A stretch of DNA of 64,000 nt from the NCBI GenBank assembly GCA_913031145.1, contig CAJWCO010000010.1:5025-69024 (forward strand). Reading direction: 5' to 3'. This stretch comes from an uncultured Cellvibrionales bacterium. Lineage in GTDB: Bacteria; Pseudomonadota; Gammaproteobacteria; Pseudomonadales; Porticoccaceae. Within the stretch, counting starts at the first letter, position 1; every line of letters starts with the position of its first letter. Below the pieces are notes generated by a model that was not told the origin of the DNA, made no database searches, and saw only the letters and a list, made by a program, of their open reading frames with translations. Shown here in pieces: positions 20,899 to 29,993 of the stretch. The position numbers and the translations under genes are program-made.

Positions 20899-21505
20899 AA
20901 ATACGGGAAAAACAAAGTCGCAAAAGTCCGCTCAATACCAAATTGGGTTAATGATTGTGATCATGATTATGGTCATGCTCTCAGGTTTTCTGTTAGTACC
21001 CAGTAATGACGAGCAGCGACAGCGTATGCTGAGCCTACTTGGTACGACCAATCACGGCTCCTTAATAAGTCCAGCGCTGAGTTTAGACAGTATCGTTGAT
21101 ATGGCAGAGTCGTTCAGTGAGCGCAAATGGCGAGTTCTAATTGCTGGTGGTGAGGGCTGCGATGCTGCATGCGAGCAGGTTTTGCTAGACACCAAAAGTG
21201 TCCACATGCTGTTGGGAAAATCTACAGGTCGAGTGCAGCGCGTGTTCATGCCAAGCTCCACGTCGATGGATGCAAAGCGGACTCTTGCATTGCAAGCAGA
21301 GCATCCATTCCTTGATATTGTGCCGACAGATCTGAAACCGTTGCAGCAATTGTTTGTTAATAGCTCTACGGCTTGGAATATGGATTCGACTCGCGCTGTG
21401 ATTTTGACGCCAGACAATGTAGCCATTTTGTACTATAGTGATGAGCATAACGCGGCAGGTCTTTTAGACGACCTTAAACATCTTTTGAAATACTCAGCCC
21501 AGTGA
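20891..21505 (+). CDS. Membrane-anchored SCO-like (thioredoxin-fold) protein with CxxxC but no copper-ligand His
   Basis: 204 aa. Overlaps the SURF1 stop by 8 nt. One N-terminal TM helix. KWRVLIAGGEGCDAACEQVL parallels GRWSILFFAFSHCPDVCPTTL of the neighbouring SCO1, and NMD-STRAVILTPDN parallels TIDHSTQLLLINPKG. Confidence 0.6.
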   Translation: MIENTGKTKSQKSAQYQIGLMIVIMIMVMLSGFLLVPSNDEQRQRMLSLLGTTNHGSLISPALSLDSIVDMAESFSERKWRVLIAGGEGCDAACEQVLLDTKSVHMLLGKSTGRVQRVFMPSSTSMDAKRTLALQAEHPFLDIVPTDLKPLQQLFVNSSTAWNMDSTRAVILTPDNVAILYYSDEHNAAGLLDDLKHLLKYSAQ

Positions 21506-21548
21506 ATCTCGAAGACTGGTCCCGTTGTGAACAACGACCGAGGTTGTT

Positions 21549-22463
21549 ATGAACCCGCAAGCCGATGCAAAACCGACCCCTGTGCGTTGGCGCGATTATC
21601 TGGAGCTGTGCAAGCCTAACGTCGTCGCATTGATGATTTTGACATCTCTGATTGGCATGTTGTTGGCGACTGACGAAATGGTGCCGATAGATGTCCTGTT
21701 GCTTGGTAATCTAGGCATTGCACTTAGCGCGGGTTCAGCCGCGGCGATCAATCATATTGTTGATCAGCGCGTCGACGAAAAAATGGCGAGGACCGCTAAT
21801 CGGCCTATCGCTCGGGGTCGCATAGAGACCCGCCACGCGATAATCTTTTCGCTCGTAACGGGCGGCAGTGGCCTTGCTATTCTCCTAACCTTTATTAATC
21901 CGCTAACGGCTTGGCTTACTTTGGGATCGCTAGTCGGTTATGCGGTCATTTATACGATGTATTTGAAGCGTGCGACTCCCCAGAATATTGTTATTGGTGG
22001 GTTGGCTGGTGCCGCTCCTCCGCTGTTAGGATGGACTTGTGTGACGGGTGAAATACATCATGACGCGCTGCTGCTGGTGCTGATTATATTTGCTTGGACG
22101 CCTCCGCACTTTTGGGCACTCGCGGTACATCGTAAAGATGAATACGCTAACGCGAAAATTCCTATGTTGCCTGTTACTCACGGCGAAAAGTACACTAAAA
22201 TCAACATATTACTCTATACGCTTATTCTGTTGGTCGTGAGCGTAATGCCCTATCTGACGGGTATGTTAGGGTGGCTGTATTTACTGGGGGCTTTGATTTT
22301 AGGTGCAGGCTTCGTCTATTGGGCCGTGATCATGCTGCGTAGTGTGGGCGGTGATTCTGGCATGAAAACATTTAATTACTCGATCATCTACCTGATGGCT
22401 TTGTTTTGTATCATGCTTTTGGATCATTGGGTCATTAAATCCTATTCACCTGTTTTCGCCTAG
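21549..22463 (+). CDS. ctaB: Protoheme IX farnesyltransferase (heme O synthase)
   Basis: 304 aa. UbiA-family motifs (NHIVDQRVDEKMARTANRPIARG); polytopic. Confidence 0.93.
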   Translation: MNPQADAKPTPVRWRDYLELCKPNVVALMILTSLIGMLLATDEMVPIDVLLLGNLGIALSAGSAAAINHIVDQRVDEKMARTANRPIARGRIETRHAIIFSLVTGGSGLAILLTFINPLTAWLTLGSLVGYAVIYTMYLKRATPQNIVIGGLAGAAPPLLGWTCVTGEIHHDALLLVLIIFAWTPPHFWALAVHRKDEYANAKIPMLPVTHGEKYTKINILLYTLILLVVSVMPYLTGMLGWLYLLGALILGAGFVYWAVIMLRSVGGDSGMKTFNYSIIYLMALFCIMLLDHWVIKSYSPVFA

Positions 22464-22476
22464 GGGTTTGCTGAAC

Positions 22477-23115
22477 ATGTCACAACAACGCGGTATTCGC
22501 AATACAGTCCTTTTCATTTTTGTCTTTATGGCGGTGGTCATCTACGGCTTTATTTGGCGTATGAGCCAGCCACCGATCATGTCAAAGCACGAGCTCGCTG
22601 TGAACGGAGCCGTCCTGTTGGATAAGCCGCGTATATTTAGCGATTTTGAATTATTGGATCACCTTGGAGCCCCCTTTACGCTGGATCGCTTGCGAGGCAG
22701 ATGGAGTATTTTGTTTTTTGCCTTTAGCCATTGCCCAGATGTTTGCCCAACGACACTGTCGACGCTTAACGAGATGTATAGCAAATTGTCTGAGGATGAA
22801 CAGCAAACGCTGCAGATTGTGATGGTGTCTTTAGACGCAGAGCGTGACACGGTCGCTAAGTTAAAGGACTATATTCCGTACTTTAATGTTGACTTTGTCG
22901 GAGCTACCGGGAACCCTCATTTTGTTCGCAGGATGGCTGCCGAACTCAATATCGCTTATAACCGAGTCCCATTGGACGACGGTAACTACACCATTGATCA
23001 CAGTACGCAATTGCTGCTGATTAATCCCAAAGGGCATTACCATGCCTTTTTTAAGGCGCCTCATGCTGAGATTGCGCTACGCCAGACATGGCGTTCGATT
23101 GCGGCTACCTTTTAA
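22477..23115 (+). CDS. senC: SCO1/SenC copper chaperone
   Basis: The track ORF starts at TTG 22468. I prefer ATG 22477, which is preceded by GGGG. Motifs are CPDVCP and the DHS copper-ligand His, with an N-terminal TM helix. Confidence 0.9.
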   Translation: MSQQRGIRNTVLFIFVFMAVVIYGFIWRMSQPPIMSKHELAVNGAVLLDKPRIFSDFELLDHLGAPFTLDRLRGRWSILFFAFSHCPDVCPTTLSTLNEMYSKLSEDEQQTLQIVMVSLDAERDTVAKLKDYIPYFNVDFVGATGNPHFVRRMAAELNIAYNRVPLDDGNYTIDHSTQLLLINPKGHYHAFFKAPHAEIALRQTWRSIAATF

Positions 23116-23128
23116 TACGAACGTGCCA

Positions 23129-23911
23129 TTAGGCATTGCGCTTCAGCATAGAGCATAAAAAAGCAAGGACCGTGCACAGCACAATCGATGGGCCGGTCGG
23201 CGTGTCCAAGTACCAAGATACAGAGAGTCCGGAAACAACAGATAGGACGCCAATACCTGCCGCAAATAGAGCCATTTGCTCAGGCGTATTGCTGAATCTG
23301 CGTGCCGTTGCGGCAGGAGTGACCAGCAGCGCTGTGATCAATAATACGCCGACAATTTTCATTGCTACTGCAATCACTAGCGCTGTCATAAGAAGCAGGA
23401 CGATCCGTAAAAACGTAATGTTATAACCTTCTACTTCTGCCATCTCAGCGTTGACGGTCATCGTCAGTAAAGGTTTCCACAGGATGGCCAGCAAGACCAT
23501 GACGATCACACTGATGCTGTAAATCAAATACAGGTCAGATACGGTCACTGCAAGAATATCACCAAACAGGAGTGATAGTAGGTCGATTCGTACATCGATT
23601 AATAACGCCATCGTCACTAATCCCGCAGCAAGCGATCCGTGCGACAAAATCCCCAACAATGTGTCCATCGACAGGTGGATGCGTTCGCCCACAACACCCA
23701 AAAGCAACGCAAAAATCATTAAGACGCCTGCGATTGCAACGTTCAAGTTGATGTCCATAAATATTCCAATAGCGACTCCCAGTAGTGCTGAATGCGCGAG
23801 CGTATCACCAAAATAAGCCATTCGACGCCAGACCACAAAACATCCTAACGGTCCCGTTGCGATCGCCACTCCGATACCCGCCAGCAGTGCGTAGAGTATG
23901 AAATCAGTCAT
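23129..23911 (-). CDS. znuB: Zinc ABC transporter permease ZnuB
   Basis: Track ORF trimmed to Met-24 (MTDFILYALLAGIG...). The ATG overlaps the znuC stop (ATGACTGA). ABC-3 family polytopic protein. Confidence 0.9.
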   Translation of the reverse strand: MTDFILYALLAGIGVAIATGPLGCFVVWRRMAYFGDTLAHSALLGVAIGIFMDINLNVAIAGVLMIFALLLGVVGERIHLSMDTLLGILSHGSLAAGLVTMALLIDVRIDLLSLLFGDILAVTVSDLYLIYSISVIVMVLLAILWKPLLTMTVNAEMAEVEGYNITFLRIVLLLMTALVIAVAMKIVGVLLITALLVTPAATARRFSNTPEQMALFAAGIGVLSVVSGLSVSWYLDTPTGPSIVLCTVLAFLCSMLKRNA

Positions 23912-24662
23912 GCTCGCATTCCGAGCTGTGCGTATGTTCAGAGCCAACAACCTGTCCCTGTAAGGTATGGTGATGGTCATGAGAGTGGGAATACACAGCT
24001 GTCATGTGGCCGAAAATATCGGTATAACCTGGGTGTTGTTGCACGTGCTCTGGGCGACCCATACAGCAAATATGTTGATTTAGGCAAATGACGTGATCGG
24101 TTGCCGACATGACCAAATGTAAGTCATGAGATACCATGAGAATGCCACAATTGAGTTTTTCTACCAAACGGCTAATCGTATTGTAGAGCGCGCTCTGTCC
24201 GTTCAAATCCACGCCTTGTACTGGCTCATCGAGTACTAAAAAAGTGGGGTGTCGAAGAATGGCTCGGGCAAGCAATGCGCGCTGCATTTCCCCGCCTGAC
24301 AGGGCTTGTATCGGCGTGTCAGCAAGGTAGTCCACCTCCATCGTCACAAGAGCAGACCGGCATTTCGAGGCCTGTGATTCTGCTAGCTGTAAAAATCTCA
24401 ACGTTGTTAATGGTAGGGTGGGATCAATCGTTATTTTCTGCGGCATGTATCCCATACGCATCGGGCCGGATTTATAGATACTGCCCAAATCAGCTTGGAT
24501 TAAACCGAGCACGATACGCACGAGCGTCGATTTACCAGCGCCATTTGGTCCAATCAGAGTTGTGATCTGCCCTTGCTCTAACCGCATAGACACGTTTTCT
24601 AGGACGGAGCGGTTTCCAAATCGTTTGCTGATGTTGTTAAGTTCGATGATCTGGTTAGGCAT
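23904..24662 (-). CDS. znuC: Zinc ABC transporter ATPase ZnuC
   Basis: Track ORF trimmed to Met-21 (MPNQIIELNNISKRFG...). Walker A GPNGAGKST, signature LSGGEMQR, and a His-rich C-terminal tail. Confidence 0.92.
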   Translation of the reverse strand: MPNQIIELNNISKRFGNRSVLENVSMRLEQGQITTLIGPNGAGKSTLVRIVLGLIQADLGSIYKSGPMRMGYMPQKITIDPTLPLTTLRFLQLAESQASKCRSALVTMEVDYLADTPIQALSGGEMQRALLARAILRHPTFLVLDEPVQGVDLNGQSALYNTISRLVEKLNCGILMVSHDLHLVMSATDHVICLNQHICCMGRPEHVQQHPGYTDIFGHMTAVYSHSHDHHHTLQGQVVGSEHTHSSECEHD

Positions 24663-25176
24663 TTGTGGGTCCTGCCGAGGTCCCTGTGTTACGATTTTGA
24701 GTGCATTGCGGGCAAAGGCCAAAGAGTTCTAAGCATTGCGACTGTAACGTAAATTGCGCCTTTTCGCTGGCAGTTTGAAGCAATGTGTTCACGCCATGAT
24801 GGGACATTTCGGCCACGCTCCCGCAGTTCTCGCAAATGAGAAATAGGTGACTGTGAGCGCTATTTGGAAATGGACAGCCTATGAAGGCGTTGAGTGATGG
24901 AATTCGGTGGATCAAATTAAGTACCGACAAAAACTCAATGGCGCGGTAGACCGTTGGCGGAGCCACACGCTTTCCCCATTGTTGTGCGAGTTGGTCTTGA
25001 ATCTGATAAGCTCCAATGGGTCGGTGGCTCTGCCAAATAAGGGTGAATACGTCCTCACGAATGCGCGTTAATCTAGCCTCGTTTTCATCGCATAATACCC
25101 TAGCTCTGGCCAGAGCGGCATGTATGCAACGCGAATGGTCGTGGGGCTGGTGAGCCACACGCGAGTTTGACAACAT
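24655..25176 (-). CDS. zur: Zinc uptake regulator (Fur family)
   Basis: 173 aa. Fur-family winged helix plus CxxC pairs (CENC ... CPQC). Heads zur-znuC-znuB with overlapping junctions. Confidence 0.85.
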   Translation of the reverse strand: MLSNSRVAHQPHDHSRCIHAALARARVLCDENEARLTRIREDVFTLIWQSHRPIGAYQIQDQLAQQWGKRVAPPTVYRAIEFLSVLNLIHRIPSLNAFIGCPFPNSAHSHLFLICENCGSVAEMSHHGVNTLLQTASEKAQFTLQSQCLELFGLCPQCTQNRNTGTSAGPTNA

Positions 25177-25200
25177 AGTTAGAGACCGAACCGCTAAGTA

Positions 25201-25217
25201 ATGTTATAGTATAACAT
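25201..25217. promoter_or_regulatory. Zur box (ATGTTATAGTATAACAT, perfect 8-1-8 palindrome)
   Basis: Lies in the 103-bp zur/znuA divergent spacer, 25 nt upstream of the zur ATG. Matches the core of the enterobacterial Zur consensus GAAATGTTATAnTATAACATTTC. Confidence 0.75.
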
Positions 25218-25279
25218 ATCAATTCTTCGGCGCAAGGGTTTAGTTTGGGAGCACTGAAAATGAACGAGGTTGTGGCAAC

Positions 25280-26146
25280 GTGATGTTACTAAGTCGAAAT
25301 ACATGGCGCTGTATGATCTATATCGCCGTCTTTATTTCCATGTCGCTCTGTGATGTTGTGGCCAAGCCGCGCATCGTCACCACGATCAAGCCCCTCGCGA
25401 TTATCGCAGCTTCCGCGGTGGGTGATGCCGCCAGCGTTGAGTATTTGCAGTCGCCAGGTCAAACCGGTCATGATCTGCACTTAGTTCCGTCTATGCTGAC
25501 CCAATTAGAGAGTGCGGACCTGCTGCTTCGGGTGGATCAACATTTTGAACATCGCTTTGCCGGGTATTTTGAAACGGTGCCGTCAGAACGTGTGCTTACC
25601 GCTTCCCAATTAGGGTTGCACTGGCCCGAACCGGCGACCGCAGAAAAAGACGAGCACGGGCTAGAGCGCGATCTCCACTTTTGGTTAAATCCGGCCAACG
25701 CTGAGGTCTTAGCCGCTGCGATTCAAACGCATCTCGGGTTACCATTGACACGATTGATTGAGCCAGCGCAGATGCGCGACTATCGAGCAGCACTCGCCCC
25801 GTTTAAAAATGCCCGTTATTTGACGCATCACGACGCGTATGGACACTTTCGAACGGCCTTTGATCTATCGGCGGCGCCAAGTTTTCGCGATGCAGGAGGA
25901 GGCCAGCGCGGTATTTCCAGTCATTATGATCTTCGTGAAAGTGCATTGCGCTCTCCGCCAAGCTGTCTTTTTGTGGAACCGCAGTTGCTGACTAAGGCTG
26001 CTCGCCAGTTTGCAAAATCCCACAACCTTGCGGTCATCCCCCTTGACCCTCTGGGAACGGACGTAACGCTGGGGATTGCCGCCTACTCTAAATTTATTGA
26101 CGGCTTGGTTGGGCAATTTAAGCAGTGTTTTCTGCCGACGCCTTGA
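25280..26146 (+). CDS. znuA: Zinc ABC transporter substrate-binding protein ZnuA
   Basis: 288 aa. Signal peptide, cluster-9 SBP features, divergent from zur-znuCB. Start is GTG 25280 or ATG 25283. Confidence 0.85.
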   Translation: MMLLSRNTWRCMIYIAVFISMSLCDVVAKPRIVTTIKPLAIIAASAVGDAASVEYLQSPGQTGHDLHLVPSMLTQLESADLLLRVDQHFEHRFAGYFETVPSERVLTASQLGLHWPEPATAEKDEHGLERDLHFWLNPANAEVLAAAIQTHLGLPLTRLIEPAQMRDYRAALAPFKNARYLTHHDAYGHFRTAFDLSAAPSFRDAGGGQRGISSHYDLRESALRSPPSCLFVEPQLLTKAARQFAKSHNLAVIPLDPLGTDVTLGIAAYSKFIDGLVGQFKQCFLPTP

Positions 26147-26310
26147 TGATCATAACGTGCGCCGTTTTCCAAATCGGTGCGCGCTCCTAATTTCTTTATC
26201 GTGGCGTGTATTGAGCGGTTTTTATCGCATTGTTGATCCGGTGATAGGTCCTTAAACGGCGAACATTCGTGTATGCTAGTCCACTCAGATGTCTCGCTTG
26301 GATTTTGTTT

Positions 26311-29094
26311 ATGTCCCCTCCACTTCCACGAATTTTGATTGACGGCTCATCATATTTGTACCGCGCTTATCATGCTTTACCGGCCCTAACCAATAGTAAG
26401 CAAGTCCCTACAGGCGCTGTCAAGGGTGTGATATCGATGATAAAACGCTTACAAAAGGATTATCTGGGTAGCGACTTGGTGGTTGTTTTTGACGCGCCCG
26501 GAAAAACCTTTCGTGATGACCTTTATCCGGAATACAAAGCGCACCGACCGCCCATGCCAGACGATTTGAGACAACAAATTGCGCCTATTCATTCGATTAT
26601 AAAGGCGATGGGATTGCCTTTACTTTCCGTCGGCGGTGTCGAAGCCGATGATGTTATCGGGACCCTCGCTCGACAGGCCAGTGACACGGCACAGCCAGTG
26701 GTGGTGTCAACGGGGGACAAGGATATGGCCCAACTGGTCAACGAACACATTACCTTGGTTAATACCATGAGTGGTAGTGAGATGGATAGTATCGGCGTGA
26801 TGGACAAATTTGGTGTCGCCCCCAAACATATCATCGACTATCTGGCGCTCTTGGGCGACAAATCTGACAATATCCCTGGTGTGATGGGGGTGGGCGAAAA
26901 GACCGCTATCGCTCTTATACAGGCTCTTGGCGGTTTAGACGACATTTACGCCCGGCTTTCTGAAGTGGGCTCGCTAGGCTTTCGTGGCGCCTCCAAAACC
27001 GCCGAAAAGCTGATTGCGCATCGCGATCTTGCGTATCTCTCACGTCGTTTAGCCACCATTAAAACGGACGTGGACTTGCCGCTTGATACTCTGGGCTTAG
27101 TGAACCGAGAGCCTGACAATGCTCAGCTTTCGATCTTATTTGAAGAATTTGAATTCAGCGCGTGGCGCGGTGAACTTTCCGAAGGCGAAATATCGCAGAT
27201 TTCGGCGACGATAGATCCGCATCGCGATCCGCCAGTCGATGCTGTGCAAAGCTCACCAAAGGCGCCAAAGGTGAAATCACCGTCCGCCCGTCACTATCAA
27301 ACTATTTTACGAGCCAACGAGCTTCAAGATTGGTTGCGCAAAGCATGGGATGCCGAGTTAATTGCTGTGGATACCGAAACGACTAGTCTAGATGTCAACG
27401 TCGCCAAGTTGGTGGGCGTTGCGATGGCAGTCGACGTCGGCGAAGCGATTTACATACCTGTCAATCACAATTACTTAGGTGCACCTGAGCAGCTTTCGAT
27501 CGATCATGTTTTAGGCGAACTAAAGCCGTTGTTAGAAGACTTGCAGGTAAAAAAAGTTGGACAAAATTTAAAATATGACATTAGTATTCTCGCGGGTTAT
27601 GGCATCGATCTGCGGGGCGTTCAACATGACACCATGCTACAAGCTTATCTCCTTGATCCGGCAGCCATGCGGCACGACATGGATACACTGGCCATGCGAT
27701 ACCTCGATCTTTCCACGACTAAATTTGAAGATATTGCAGGAAAAGGAAAGGGTCAGCTAACTTTTAACCAAATTCCTTTAGAGAAAGCGACCCCTTATGC
27801 TGCCGAAGACGCCGATATCACGTTGCAATTGCATCGCGCACTCTACCCACAATTAGAGGCCATACAGCCTCTCGTCAATTTGTTTCAAACAGTCGAAGTG
27901 CCACTTATTTCGGTATTGTCGCGCATCGAAAGACAGGGCGTATTAGTGGACGGCCGGTTGCTGCATGAGCATAGTCTTGAGTTACGCCAACGGCTAGCGG
28001 AACTCGAAACGGATGCTTGGACTCTTGCGGGCGAGCCCTTTAATTTGGCTTCGCCAAAGCAATTGGGCGTTATTTTATTCGACAAACTTGGTCTGCCGGC
28101 ACTTAAAAAAACCGCTAAAGGCGCGCCATCCACCAAAGAAGAGGTCTTGCAGGAGTTAGCCGTTGACTACGCTCTTCCGCGATTATTATTGGAGCATCGT
28201 GGACTTTCGAAGTTAAAGTCAACGTACACCGACAAATTGCCTACGATGATCAATAGCGAGACCGGGCGAGTACACACCTCCTATCACCAAGCGGGTACGG
28301 CTACTGGGAGATTATCTTCAGCGAACCCAAATCTTCAAAACATTCCGATAAAGACCGCTGAAGGTCGGCGCGTCCGAGAGGCGTTTATTGCACCGCCGCA
28401 ATCAAAAATTGTTGCCGCAGACTATTCGCAGATTGAATTACGAATCATGGCACACCTTTCTGAAGACGCCACTCTAATGACGGCCTTTGCAATGGGTCAG
28501 GATATTCATCGAAGCACCGCAGCAGAGGTTTTCGATACCGCTCCAGAGGAGGTGACCGAAGGCCAACGCAGGAGCGCCAAGGCGATCAACTTCGGGCTTA
28601 TTTATGGCATGTCGGCGTTTGGCCTGGCAAAGCAATTAAATATTTCTCGCTCCGAAGCGCAGCACTACATTGATCTCTATTTTGAGCGTTACCCCGGCGT
28701 GAAGCGGTATATGACGACAGTGCGCGAACATGCTGCTGCCCAAGGATTTGTCGAAACTGTTTTCGGCCGCAGACTTTACCTCCCCGATATTAATGCGCGC
28801 AATGCGATTCGCCGGCAGGCTGCCGAGCGAACGGCAATTAATGCTCCGATGCAGGGAACAGCAGCCGATATCATCAAGATCGCCATGATCTCAGTGGATC
28901 ATTGGCTAAACGATCACGCGTTAAAAAGTCGAGTCATCCTGCAGGTGCATGATGAACTGGTTCTCGAGGTTCCTGAGTCTGAAGTTGACTGCATTACCGA
29001 GGGACTTAAATCTCGAATGGAGAGTGCAGCCCAATTGCGAGTTCCTCTGCTTGTAGAGGTAGGTGTTGGTGATAACTGGAATCAGGCCCATTGA
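26311..29094 (+). CDS. polA: DNA polymerase I
   Basis: Track ORF (GTG 26269) trimmed to ATG 26311 (MSPPLPRILIDGSSYLYRAY). It has 5'-nuclease, 3'-5' exonuclease (VDTETTSL) and polymerase motifs (DYSQIELR, QVHDELV). About 927 aa. Confidence 0.97.
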   Translation: MSPPLPRILIDGSSYLYRAYHALPALTNSKQVPTGAVKGVISMIKRLQKDYLGSDLVVVFDAPGKTFRDDLYPEYKAHRPPMPDDLRQQIAPIHSIIKAMGLPLLSVGGVEADDVIGTLARQASDTAQPVVVSTGDKDMAQLVNEHITLVNTMSGSEMDSIGVMDKFGVAPKHIIDYLALLGDKSDNIPGVMGVGEKTAIALIQALGGLDDIYARLSEVGSLGFRGASKTAEKLIAHRDLAYLSRRLATIKTDVDLPLDTLGLVNREPDNAQLSILFEEFEFSAWRGELSEGEISQISATIDPHRDPPVDAVQSSPKAPKVKSPSARHYQTILRANELQDWLRKAWDAELIAVDTETTSLDVNVAKLVGVAMAVDVGEAIYIPVNHNYLGAPEQLSIDHVLGELKPLLEDLQVKKVGQNLKYDISILAGYGIDLRGVQHDTMLQAYLLDPAAMRHDMDTLAMRYLDLSTTKFEDIAGKGKGQLTFNQIPLEKATPYAAEDADITLQLHRALYPQLEAIQPLVNLFQTVEVPLISVLSRIERQGVLVDGRLLHEHSLELRQRLAELETDAWTLAGEPFNLASPKQLGVILFDKLGLPALKKTAKGAPSTKEEVLQELAVDYALPRLLLEHRGLSKLKSTYTDKLPTMINSETGRVHTSYHQAGTATGRLSSANPNLQNIPIKTAEGRRVREAFIAPPQSKIVAADYSQIELRIMAHLSEDATLMTAFAMGQDIHRSTAAEVFDTAPEEVTEGQRRSAKAINFGLIYGMSAFGLAKQLNISRSEAQHYIDLYFERYPGVKRYMTTVREHAAAQGFVETVFGRRLYLPDINARNAIRRQAAERTAINAPMQGTAADIIKIAMISVDHWLNDHALKSRVILQVHDELVLEVPESEVDCITEGLKSRMESAAQLRVPLLVEVGVGDNWNQAH

Positions 29095-29153
29095 CAAATC
29101 TGGGCGCGCGTTAGGCTGTGATCTAGGTGCTCGGTTTTATTTTCGAGATGATT

Positions 29154-29179
29154 GAACTTATTGAAAACATAGTGTCTAA
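29154..29179 (+). promoter_or_regulatory. Candidate sigma-E/AlgU-type promoter (GAACTT-N15-TCTAA)
   Basis: GAACTT at 29154-29159 and TCTAA at 29175-29179. The consensus I know is GAACTT-N16/17-TCTNA, so the spacer is 1 nt short. Confidence 0.35.
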
Positions 29180-29185
29180 CAAAGT

Positions 29186-29292
29186 GCATGTGTTAGTTCA
29201 TTTAACTCTCCCCCCAAAGAAACATATGCGTATTCGAGCTGTTGATGGCTCTCGTAGGCCCTGACTCACACAAGTAAGTCGGGGCTTTTTTT
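29186..29292 (+). ncRNA. Candidate ~107-nt sRNA in the polA-engB spacer (Spot 42/ErsA syntenic position)
   Basis: Bounded by the sigma-E-like promoter and an intrinsic terminator. A 9-bp 5' stem (29186-29194 / 29221-29229) encloses a 26-nt loop carrying CUCUCCCCCC (29206-29215). No credible ORF. Same strand as polA. Confidence 0.45.
29258..29292 (+). terminator. Rho-independent terminator (9-bp stem GCCCTGACT/AGTCGGGGC, 10-nt loop, T7)
   Basis: The stem contains one G-U pair and is followed by TTTTTTT at 29286-29292. There is no T-run on the opposite strand, so it is unidirectional on the + strand. Confidence 0.7.
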
Positions 29293-29351
29293 AGGGCACT
29301 GAATTCGGTTTCAAAAATTGCGCGCCATGCACAAACAGAGTTGGCGGGCAG

Positions 29352-29993
29352 CTATTTGTTTGCGTTTGGCACGCTAAATTCGCTGGTAAACCAGTGATCA
29401 AGAATTTCCTTTAATTCCACGAGGCCGGTCTTTTTGGTGGCGGAAAAGCATTGCAGAGTAAAAAGAGTCCCTTCTGGATCGAGTTCTGTCAATCTTCGAT
29501 CAATGGTCAGAAGTGCGGCATGTGCGGCGCCCCGACTCAGTTTATCGGCTTTTGTGAGTAGTGCGTGTGTGGGCACGCCAGCTTGGGCTGACCACTGTAA
29601 CATCTGCATATCAAAGGGTTGCAGCGGGTGGCGAATATCCATCACTAATACCAGCCCTGCGAGACTGAGTCGGCGCCGTAAATACTCGGTTACGTGCTCT
29701 CCCCATTGTTGTTTTACATTATGTGGAACTTTCGCGTAGCCATACCCGGGTAAATCGACTAAACGCTGGTCTTCACCGATGTTAAAAAAGTTGAGTAACT
29801 GGGTTCTTCCTGGGGTCTTACTCGTGCGCGCTAGGCCTTTTATGCCGGTTAACGTGTTAATTGCGCTGGACTTGCCCGCATTGGAGCGTCCGGCAAACGC
29901 TACTTCATGGCCAATATCGTCTGGGCATTTCGCGAGTGAAGGGGCGCTCATTATAAATTGCGCCGCGCGATAGTTGACATTCGTAATGTGCAT
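29352..29993 (-). CDS. engB: Ribosome-biogenesis GTPase EngB/YihA
   Basis: 213 aa. [19 protein letters not shown]...[13 protein letters not shown] parallels the E. coli YihA N-terminus and G1 motif. Confidence 0.93.
   Translation of the reverse strand: MHITNVNYRAAQFIMSAPSLAKCPDDIGHEVAFAGRSNAGKSSAINTLTGIKGLARTSKTPGRTQLLNFFNIGEDQRLVDLPGYGYAKVPHNVKQQWGEHVTEYLRRRLSLAGLVLVMDIRHPLQPFDMQMLQWSAQAGVPTHALLTKADKLSRGAAHAALLTIDRRLTELDPEGTLFTLQCFSATKKTGLVELKEILDHWFTSEFSVPNANK

Noticed and set aside
29148-29264. 38-codon ORF (MIELIENIVSNKVHVLVHLTLPPKKHMRIRAVDGSRRP) in the polA-engB spacer
   Set aside because: It has no Shine-Dalgarno sequence. Its ATG overlaps the proposed -35 element, so it would be excluded from the predicted sRNA transcript. 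Its stop lies inside the terminator stem. A non-coding RNA explains the region better.
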